This document shows positions 10,406-17,693 of a stretch of DNA of 37,952 nucleotides, in pieces. The stretch spans positions 89,634-127,585 of the forward strand of contig JAHFNJ010000002.1 of NCBI GenBank assembly GCA_023267375.1. Reading direction: 5' to 3'. This stretch comes from Candidatus Nomurabacteria bacterium (GTDB lineage Bacteria > Patescibacteriota > Minisyncoccia > Phycocordibacterales > UBA9973). Below the pieces are notes generated by a model. That model worked only from the letters and a program-made list of their open reading frames with translations, searched no databases and was not told the DNA's origin. The stretch's first letter is position 1, and every line of letters begins with the position of its first letter. The position numbers and the translations under genes are program-made.

Positions 10406-12046
10406 ATGAAGAAAATGTTCAACTCGGCATTGTCAGTGCTAACAGCGCTTACAATGCACATCCTCATTGCTGGGACAAGTACAGCATCTGCATCAATCTT
10501 TGGAGTAACCTATACTCCAACCAACGGATACAACAAGATTAACGTTGTGTCTGTACTTTCGGGAACTGGAGCCATTGATACTTCAGTAAAAGCATACCGG
10601 GTCATTACGGTTTCAAACAATCCATCTATGTCTCCTGTTGTTCAGCAGTTGGCCGATTCTTTTATGATTGGCTCACTACTGCATGATACGTTGCCAGTAT
10701 CAATGACATATCCTACAAAGTTTTATGTGCATGTGGATGTGTTTGCTACTGATACGAGTGGTGTTGTCGATACGGCTTTATCACTGACTTACTTGCCTGT
10801 CGATGTGACACCTGATCCAATAGCACCGGATATGGTTTTACAGAACCCGGTAATTGGACCAACAACGGTTTCGTTTACGGGTACATTCAACAGTGGATAC
10901 AAAGAAGGGCATTTCAAAGTGTTGGTTGATTATGGCAGTAAAACATTTGGTAACTCGAGTCCGTATCCGGCAAAGCGTGACACGTTTACTTTTTTGTTGG
11001 GGTCGAATCAATTGATAACCAGAACTTATACCATAAACATTGGATCTACGAATTACGATTTCTCGTACCGTGGATATTTTGAAAATGGTGTGGGGGCTGA
11101 TACGTCATCAATTTTTTCAGGCACAACATTAGGTGATACTACTGAAGCGACTATCGCTACGCCGTATTCACCAGTTGAATGGGCCGATAGCATTCGGGTA
11201 ACAATTGATGCGGTAACTGGTAATCTGCCAACAGATGCATGGGGACGTATATCTCTATCACAAAATGGTCCTGATTATTATTTACCAATCAAGAAGTCGC
11301 TCGGTGCTAAAAATGGTACTACAACGTTTACACTTACATTTCCGGCATTAACTGAAAAGACAACATACTGGATTCAAGTATGTGATTCGAACAAGCTAAA
11401 CACCTTTGGTGCAAGCCGCTCGAATTGGATTTCGGTTACAACTGCTCCGAAAGACGTTAAATTTGGAATGTTTTTCGACACACTACAGACAACAGGTTAT
11501 AACGACGTTGATCTTTTTGTTCATCGTTTAATAGGACCTGGTAATGTAGGCCACACACATGTTCTTGTTGCGGGCTATCCGACCCATACACCTATTGTGC
11601 TGCAAACAACTTTGCCTGATATAACTTCCTTGATGGATCCGAACGATGTGATTCATGTAACAGGGCTTATGGATGGCAGAATGTATAGCGCAACGATGTT
11701 TGGGAATGACGACCTATTTTCAGGATTCTATGTAGCCTGGCAGATTGAGTATGTGTTTACGTTTGTAGCACCCATTATGACGGGGGTTGTTGATGATAAT
11801 TTTGGTTTGGAGAAAGTTCCTTTAAATGTGTATCCAAATCCTGTAGTGGAAAGCGCAACGTTTTCAATAAGTGATCCTGATGGAGCTGCTTATGAAATCA
11901 TTGACGCATCTGGACGTATAGTACTGGCTTCAAAAGCTGAAACAGAAAAAACCACCTTCTCAAGAGGAAATCTTGCAGCAGGTACGTATTTTCTTACTGT
12001 ACATAAGGATGGCAAGCTATTGCAGAAACAATTTATCATCCAGTAA
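10406..12046 (+). CDS. Secreted FN3-like repeat protein with T9SS type A C-terminal sorting domain
   Basis: Signal peptide ending ASA; C-terminus TGVVDD..LNVYPNPV...IIDASGRIV...NLAAGTYFLTV...KQFIIQ matches the Por/T9SS CTD pattern (YPNP, D..G, L..G.Y, terminal K.I). Confidence 0.88.
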   Translation: MKKMFNSALSVLTALTMHILIAGTSTASASIFGVTYTPTNGYNKINVVSVLSGTGAIDTSVKAYRVITVSNNPSMSPVVQQLADSFMIGSLLHDTLPVSMTYPTKFYVHVDVFATDTSGVVDTALSLTYLPVDVTPDPIAPDMVLQNPVIGPTTVSFTGTFNSGYKEGHFKVLVDYGSKTFGNSSPYPAKRDTFTFLLGSNQLITRTYTINIGSTNYDFSYRGYFENGVGADTSSIFSGTTLGDTTEATIATPYSPVEWADSIRVTIDAVTGNLPTDAWGRISLSQNGPDYYLPIKKSLGAKNGTTTFTLTFPALTEKTTYWIQVCDSNKLNTFGASRSNWISVTTAPKDVKFGMFFDTLQTTGYNDVDLFVHRLIGPGNVGHTHVLVAGYPTHTPIVLQTTLPDITSLMDPNDVIHVTGLMDGRMYSATMFGNDDLFSGFYVAWQIEYVFTFVAPIMTGVVDDNFGLEKVPLNVYPNPVVESATFSISDPDGAAYEIIDASGRIVLASKAETEKTTFSRGNLAAGTYFLTVHKDGKLLQKQFIIQ

Positions 12047-12070
12047 GTTTATGGATGTGATCATTTTAAG

Positions 12071-12098
12071 AAAAGTCCCGCACGCGCGGGACTTTTTT
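12071..12098 (+). terminator. Intrinsic terminator
   Basis: aaaagtcccgc-acgc-gcgggactttttt. Confidence 0.9.
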
Positions 12099-12130
12099 CG
12101 TTTGTGCGGTTGTCTGTTATAATGCAGCGT

Positions 12131-12580
12131 ATGCAACCACAGAAGAGTATCTTTCGTAAATCTTTTGAATATATTGTTAATCAGGACAGCAAACTTCGTC
12201 GCTATTTAGCAAAGCGCCCACTTCTCTATACTTTTGTTGGTGGTGTTGCTGTCGTTTTATTTTGGCGTGGCGTATGGCACACCGCAGATACGATTCCATT
12301 TTTGAGTGGTCCTGTATCGATTATTATTGGCGGCGTTATTTTGCTTATCACCGGACTCTTTGCATATTCTTTTTTTGTGGGTGAAGAAATAATGGTTTCA
12401 GACATAAAAAAGGAAGAAAAAGTCGTAGCAAAAGCAGAAGGGGAAATAAAGAAAGAAGAAATGCAGCTTTCTGAAATGAAAGAAACACTTGCTGATATTC
12501 GCCGCGAAATAAACCATATTCATCAGGACCACGAATTTCTTCACGAACAAGACGCCGTTAAAGAGATGGCAAAAGACTAG
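12131..12580 (+). CDS. Hypothetical membrane protein (two TM helices plus C-terminal coiled coil)
   Basis: VVLFWRGVWHTAD segment, second TM, E/K-rich tail; ATG 12131 lies 7 nt after TG-TATAAT. Confidence 0.8.
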   Translation: MQPQKSIFRKSFEYIVNQDSKLRRYLAKRPLLYTFVGGVAVVLFWRGVWHTADTIPFLSGPVSIIIGGVILLITGLFAYSFFVGEEIMVSDIKKEEKVVAKAEGEIKKEEMQLSEMKETLADIRREINHIHQDHEFLHEQDAVKEMAKD

Positions 12581-12641
12581 GTCTTGGACATCCCACCTTA
12601 GGCGGGCTTGCTTTTTTCTCAGATATCTGCTATTATGTTGG

Positions 12642-12720
12642 CGTGAGTGTCAGATCTTCTCTGACCCTGTTATCAGAAAGCAAATACATCGCAACAACCC
12701 CGCCGCAAGGCGGGGTTTTG
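12642..12720 (+). ncRNA. Candidate small RNA (promoter, hairpin, terminator; no recognised family)
   Basis: TTGCTT(12608)-17-TATTAT(12631) with TG; gtcaga/tctgac hairpin; aaccccgcc-gcaa-ggcggggtttt terminator. Confidence 0.45.
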
Positions 12721-12854
12721 CGTTCTGGCTATTTATTTGTGTCATTTACTGGTATACTTTTTGTACCGTTGTCTGTATCTGTGGCGAGCGGCTGCACTCA
12801 CATATGTATTTGTGTTGGAGTTAGTACCCGCTTGCCTCACATGAAGACAAAATA

Positions 12855-12885
12855 AAAAACACTTCACTTTTGTGAAGTGTTTTTT
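12855..12885. terminator. Bidirectional terminator-like hairpin
   Basis: aaaaaacacttcac-tttt-gtgaagtgtttttt. Confidence 0.7.
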
Positions 12886-12943
12886 ATTTTGAGAACAAGC
12901 AATAAAATATTTTTTAATTATTTTTATTTTTCCAATCGAGTGA

Positions 12944-13037
12944 GCAAAATTATTTTTCAGAATATTGCGGAGCACGGTGGTGCGAGCATAACAAAAACGC
13001 AGTAGTGTTTTATGTGTGTTCTGAAAAATAATTTTGC
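12944..13037. repeat. Palindromic element with perfect 19-bp inverted repeats
   Basis: gcaaaattatttttcagaa (12944-12962) / ttctgaaaaataattttgc (13019-13037) with internal hairpins. Confidence 0.8.
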
Positions 13038-13046
13038 GAACGAAAG

Positions 13047-13055
13047 TTATCCACA
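13047..13055 (+). promoter_or_regulatory. DnaA box
   Basis: Exact TTATCCACA, 18 nt upstream of a -35 element. Confidence 0.55.
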
Positions 13056-13204
13056 GTTTTGTGTGAAAATTTATTGCAGAGTGGTTTCATATGTAGGATA
13101 ATGTAAATGTAATCGAGCAGTAATTTTGTAAAAGTTTTTAAAAAAATATTTTACGAGGTCGTCGCTGCTCAAAACTTTTAAAAATAATTTTTTAAAAAAA
13201 ATAT

Positions 13205-13273
13205 ATGGCAGCAAAAAAGAAAGCAAAGGCTAAGAAGACTACAAAGAAGAAGTCTACAAAGAAGCGAATCTAG
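13205..13273 (+). CDS. 22-aa lysine-rich (histone H1-tail-like) peptide MAAKKKAKAKKTTKKKSTKKRI
   Basis: ATG..TAG ORF with mixed AAA/AAG codons, promoter TTGCAG(13074)-17-GATAAT, own terminator 13291-13319. Confidence 0.75.
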   Translation: MAAKKKAKAKKTTKKKSTKKRI

Positions 13274-13290
13274 TTTTCACTTCACCTTTA

Positions 13291-13319
13291 ACAAAACCCC
13301 CTCCTATCGGGGGTTTTGT
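13291..13319 (+). terminator. Intrinsic terminator after small peptide gene
   Basis: acaaaaccccc..gggggttttgt. Confidence 0.8.
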
Positions 13320-13320
13320 G

Positions 13321-13451
13321 CTTTTTGGATCATAAAATTGACACACTCCATCGTTGCTGCATGAACATGCTTCTTCGCAGTAGATTTAACTACAGCTCTG
13401 TCGCATGTTCATTTGCGCCTCGGATTGTATCCAATTTTATGGCCCAAAAAG
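13321..13451. repeat. 131-bp nested palindromic (MITE/REP-like) element
   Basis: Terminal IR 18/20 (13321-13340 / 13432-13451), inner atgaacatgc/gcatgttcat, apical gtag/ctac. Confidence 0.7.
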
Positions 13452-13494
13452 TGGACATATATTTGTACTGAAAATATGGTATACTCTCCCCACT

Positions 13495-15987
13495 ATGGCT
13501 TTTAAGTTACCTGTATTCCTTGGTGGGACATCCGACAGTTTCGTCCGTTCACTGAACCCACTTATTCAAAAAATAAACGCGCTTGAAGCAGAACATACGG
13601 CTTTGGCTGATGCTGATTTTCCTGCTAAAACAACAGCTCTCAAGGAGCGCCTCGTGAAAGGAGAAACAACAAACGACATTTTGCCGGAAGCTTTTGCGTT
13701 GGTCCGTGAGGCATCTCGCCGCACTCTTGGTTTTCGTCACTATGATGTACAGCTCATCGGCGGTATTGTGATGCACCAAGGAAAAATTTCTGAAATGAAG
13801 ACCGGTGAAGGAAAGACACTGGTTGCTACACTTGCTGTCTACTTGAATGCTCTTGAAGGGAAGGGCGTCCATCTCGTGACTGTGAACGATTACCTTGCTC
13901 GTCGTGATGCTGTTTGGATGGGTCAGGTATACGCTTTTCTTGGCATGTCGCTTGGTGTGATCAACTCACAAAATCAATCATACCTCTATGATGCAGCGCA
14001 CACAGAAGAGGACGCCGCACGTGATCAGGTTGCAGCATTCAAAGTCATGTACGATTTTCTTCGACCTTGTACTCGCAAAGAGGCATACGCTGCTGATATT
14101 ACCTATGGAACAAATAATGAATTCGGTTTCGACTATCTTCGCGACAACTTGGTGACACGACCAGAAGATATTTCTCAGCGCGGACACCACTATGCTATTG
14201 TCGACGAAATTGACTCGATCTTGATCGATGAAGCGCGTACACCGCTCATTATTTCGTCGCAAGCAGGGGATTCGGAGGATTTCTACCATCAGTTTTCAGG
14301 GATTGCAAAGCAGTTGGCTATTGAAAAAGACTATACGGTTGATGAAAAACTAAAAGCAATTACGTTGACTGATGAAGGGATTACCAAGGCTGAACAATTG
14401 CTTGGTATAGACAATATATATACAGAGAAGGGCATTAAGTATGTGCATCACCTAGAAACAGCGGTACGTGCGCAGGCACTTTTCTTAAAAGATCGTGAGT
14501 ATGTCATTAAAGAAGGAGAGGTGATTATTGTTGATCCGTTTACTGGCCGGTTACAGCCTGGTCGTCGATGGTCTGATGGTCTCCATCAGGCGATTGAAGC
14601 AAAGGAGGGCGTGACTATTCAAAAAGAAACACGTGCTGTCGCTTCGATCACGTTCCAAAACTATTTCCGATTTTATACAAAATTGGGGGGTATGACGGGT
14701 ACGGCCTTTACTTCATCTGAGGAGCTTTTTAAAGTGTATCATCTTGAGGTAGTACCGATTCCAACAAATAAACCAATTGCTCGTATTGACCATGTTGACC
14801 TTATTTTCCAGACAGAGAAAGGGAAGTTTATGGCTGTTGCCAAGAAAGTAAAGGAATTGAACGATAAAGGCCAGCCGGTCCTTTTGGGAACAGTCTCAAT
14901 TGAGAAAAATGAATTACTTTCTGCATATCTGACGCAGGAGGGTATTACGCATACGATGTTGAATGCTAAGAACCACGAAAAAGAAGGTGAGATTATCGCT
15001 GGTGCTGGTAAAAAGGGTTCCGTAACGTTGGCAACAAACGTGGCGGGTCGCGGTATCGACATTAAATTGGGCGGTGCCACTGCAACAAAAGAAGAATATG
15101 AAGAAGTGAAAGCACTCGGCGGTCTCTATGTGATTGGTACTGAACGTCATGAAGCACGCCGTATCGACAACCAGCTTCGCGGTCGCGCGGGACGTCAGGG
15201 CGATCCCGGTGCAACACAATTTTATGTATCGCTTGAAGATGATCTCATGCGTATTTTCGGAGCTGATCGCATTAAAAATATGATGGGTCGCTTTGGATTG
15301 CCAGAAGATCAGCCGATTGAAAACAGGCTTATTTCCCGCACTCTTGAAAACGCACAGGCAAAAATCGAAGGATTCAACTTTGATGCGCGTAAGCATACGC
15401 TTGAGTACGACGACATCATGAACCATCAGCGAAGAAGCGTATACGATCGCCGCCGCCTTATGCTCATGGCTCCACGTGAAGAAGTGCAGGCCTTTATTGA
15501 TACCCTTATTGAAGGTGTGGAAGATGAAATGCGCGAGCGTATTGTTGTAAAGAAAAAAGAAATTGGCGAAGCCGCTTTTATTGAGACTGCTCGACGCATT
15601 ATTCTCTACGTTACCGATTTATTGTGGGTGGAACACTTAGAGACGATGGAGTACACTCGCGCTTCAGTGAACCTTCGTGCTTACGGCCAGCGTGAGCCAC
15701 TTGTTGAATACAAGAAAGAAGGCTTACGTCTTTTCCGAGAAATGGACCAAGCATTTAAAGAGGAGGTGGTAGGTTTACTCTCGACGATGAATGCCCAGGC
15801 GAGCGCTGCTCCGGCAGTAGAAGAAAAGAAAGAGACTGCAACGCTCTCGTTTTCAATAGGTGAAGAGACTGAACATGCACCTGCTTCTAAAAATAGTGAT
15901 CCAAAATACAAAGATGTTGGGCGAAATGATCCATGTCCATGCGGTAGTGGTAAAAAATTCAAAAAGTGCCACGGTGCTAATAATTAG
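13495..15987 (+). CDS. secA: Preprotein translocase ATPase SecA with C-terminal SEC-C zinc motif
   Basis: EMKTGEGKT, DEIDSILIDEARTPLIIS, ATNVAGRGIDI, QLRGRAGRQGDPG, GRNDPCPCGSGKKFKKCHG; start ATG 13495. Confidence 0.98.
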   Translation: MAFKLPVFLGGTSDSFVRSLNPLIQKINALEAEHTALADADFPAKTTALKERLVKGETTNDILPEAFALVREASRRTLGFRHYDVQLIGGIVMHQGKISEMKTGEGKTLVATLAVYLNALEGKGVHLVTVNDYLARRDAVWMGQVYAFLGMSLGVINSQNQSYLYDAAHTEEDAARDQVAAFKVMYDFLRPCTRKEAYAADITYGTNNEFGFDYLRDNLVTRPEDISQRGHHYAIVDEIDSILIDEARTPLIISSQAGDSEDFYHQFSGIAKQLAIEKDYTVDEKLKAITLTDEGITKAEQLLGIDNIYTEKGIKYVHHLETAVRAQALFLKDREYVIKEGEVIIVDPFTGRLQPGRRWSDGLHQAIEAKEGVTIQKETRAVASITFQNYFRFYTKLGGMTGTAFTSSEELFKVYHLEVVPIPTNKPIARIDHVDLIFQTEKGKFMAVAKKVKELNDKGQPVLLGTVSIEKNELLSAYLTQEGITHTMLNAKNHEKEGEIIAGAGKKGSVTLATNVAGRGIDIKLGGATATKEEYEEVKALGGLYVIGTERHEARRIDNQLRGRAGRQGDPGATQFYVSLEDDLMRIFGADRIKNMMGRFGLPEDQPIENRLISRTLENAQAKIEGFNFDARKHTLEYDDIMNHQRRSVYDRRRLMLMAPREEVQAFIDTLIEGVEDEMRERIVVKKKEIGEAAFIETARRIILYVTDLLWVEHLETMEYTRASVNLRAYGQREPLVEYKKEGLRLFREMDQAFKEEVVGLLSTMNAQASAAPAVEEKKETATLSFSIGEETEHAPASKNSDPKYKDVGRNDPCPCGSGKKFKKCHGANN

Positions 15988-16058
15988 AACTAAAAAATAA
16001 CCATATAACGCAGTATTTCGTCTTATGTATATGGTATACTTTAACGTGTGTTTGACAC

Positions 16059-17231
16059 ATGCGTTCTCTTTTTCTGTGTGCGATTTGGTTCTTAAAAAGA
16101 GAATTACTGTGTCTTTCGGAGTCTACTAAAGACATGGAACTTTCCAATAAAAAATCATCAAGCAAACAATTTGGTATGTTTTTTGGTATTGCTCGCGAGA
16201 AGGAGTACTTCTTCGAGAATTTCAGCTTCATGATCTCTGCCGGCATGCCGATTTTTGAATGTCTGCGTGCTCTTGAGCTTGAACTTAAAACGAAATATAT
16301 GCGACGAGTTGTCTCGCGTGTGCGTGATAATGTCGAGAATGGAATGTCGCTTTCTGATGCCCTTGAAGAAACGGGACTTTTTGGAGTGCACGCTATCACC
16401 CTTATTAAGAATGGCGAAGATGGTGGGACGCTTCAGAATAATCTAAAAGTAATTGCGGGACAGACCGCAAAAAATCGTATTTTTAAATCGCGCTTACAAT
16501 CAGCGCTCATGTATCCCGCACTTATTCTTTCTGTCACTACTATTGTCGGTCTTGGGGTTGCTTGGTTTATATTGCCAAAATTGGCAGATATGTTTGCTGA
16601 ACTTCATGTAAAGCTCCCATTCATCACAAGTATTTTTATTAAACTTGGTGTCTATATGTCCTCATATGGCTTTATCATTGTGCCTGCTGTTTTCGTTCTA
16701 ATACTTGTAGGTATCTATTTCACATTTTATTTCCCCAAAACAAGAGTTCTTGGGCAGTATTTATTGTTTACAATCCCTGCAGTAAGAAAATTAATCCAAG
16801 AACTTGAGGTTGCCCGCATGGGGTATGTGCTCGGTACCCTTAATGATTCGGGTCTCCCTATTCTTCAGGCAATTGGATCACTCAAAGAATCAATCATTTC
16901 TCCCTATTATCGTAAGTTTTACGATTTCCTTTATTCAGAAATAGAAAATGGAAGATCTTTTGGAGAAAGTTTTAGTTCGTATAAATATATTAGAGATATT
17001 ATGCCACCGTCTGTAGAGCAAATTATTTCATCAGGCGAACAGTCAGGAAATCTTACCCTTGCCTTTTTGAAAGTATCTGAAATGTATGAAGAAAAAACTG
17101 AATTAACGAGTAAAAATATTTCTACTGCACTTGAGCCAATACTGCTTATTTTTGTGTGGTTAGGGGTCATGGCGGTTGCGATTGCTGTTATTATGCCTAT
17201 TTATAGTTTGGTTCGTGGAGTGGGGCAATAA
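16059..17231 (+). CDS. pilC: Type IV pilus platform protein PilC / T2SS F family (start may be ATG 16134)
   Basis: Two GspF domains (G.SLSDAL, GE.GG.L, ALMYP; GEQSGNL, LEP.L, A.IMPIY). Confidence 0.92.
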   Translation: MRSLFLCAIWFLKRELLCLSESTKDMELSNKKSSSKQFGMFFGIAREKEYFFENFSFMISAGMPIFECLRALELELKTKYMRRVVSRVRDNVENGMSLSDALEETGLFGVHAITLIKNGEDGGTLQNNLKVIAGQTAKNRIFKSRLQSALMYPALILSVTTIVGLGVAWFILPKLADMFAELHVKLPFITSIFIKLGVYMSSYGFIIVPAVFVLILVGIYFTFYFPKTRVLGQYLLFTIPAVRKLIQELEVARMGYVLGTLNDSGLPILQAIGSLKESIISPYYRKFYDFLYSEIENGRSFGESFSSYKYIRDIMPPSVEQIISSGEQSGNLTLAFLKVSEMYEEKTELTSKNISTALEPILLIFVWLGVMAVAIAVIMPIYSLVRGVGQ

Positions 17232-17232
17232 T

Positions 17233-17685
17233 ATGTATCGATCAGGATTTACCTTAATAGAACTTATTCTTGTGGTTGCTGGTTTGGCGATTATCTTTTC
17301 TGTTGCAGCTCCATTTTCAAACTCTTCAATTGTTAAAGGGAATACCGAGAGTGCTGCACGAACACTTGAGTTGTCATTACGTAGGGCATATGCCTATGCA
17401 CGTGCAGAAGAAAATAATTCAGATTGGGGGGTATATGTTTCCGGTGATCATGCTACGGTATTTTCTGGATCTCTGTATGACGGGCATGATACAAGTTTTG
17501 ATGAAGTTGCTACCCTAAAAACCTCGCCGACGCTTTCGGGGACGTTGTATATAGATGGGGCTGCAGAAGTTGTGTTTACAAAAGGGACAGGTGCTCCGAG
17601 CGCCACTGGAACAATTATTCTCTCAGGTGGCTCAATCACTCGGACGATTACGATCAATAGTGCCAGCGCGATTTTGGTTGAATAG
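17233..17685 (+). CDS. Minor pilin, GspH/FimT-like
   Basis: G|FTLIELILVVA class III signal; C-terminal VVF..TG...GTI.L..TITIN. Confidence 0.9.
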   Translation: MYRSGFTLIELILVVAGLAIIFSVAAPFSNSSIVKGNTESAARTLELSLRRAYAYARAEENNSDWGVYVSGDHATVFSGSLYDGHDTSFDEVATLKTSPTLSGTLYIDGAAEVVFTKGTGAPSATGTIILSGGSITRTITINSASAILVE

Positions 17686-17693
17686 AGAAAATC

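Noticed and set aside
12742-12975. Minus-strand 77-aa ORF or tmRNA-like tag
   Set aside because: Crosses a terminator and an inverted repeat; no tRNA-like ends seen
12890-13200. Replication origin (AT-rich, DnaA box)
   Set aside because: Only one perfect box and no dnaA/dnaN nearby; better explained as a promoter region
13405-13494. Extended SecA N-terminus from the ORF track
   Set aside because: Lies in the palindromic element and promoter; ATG 13495 follows the -10 box
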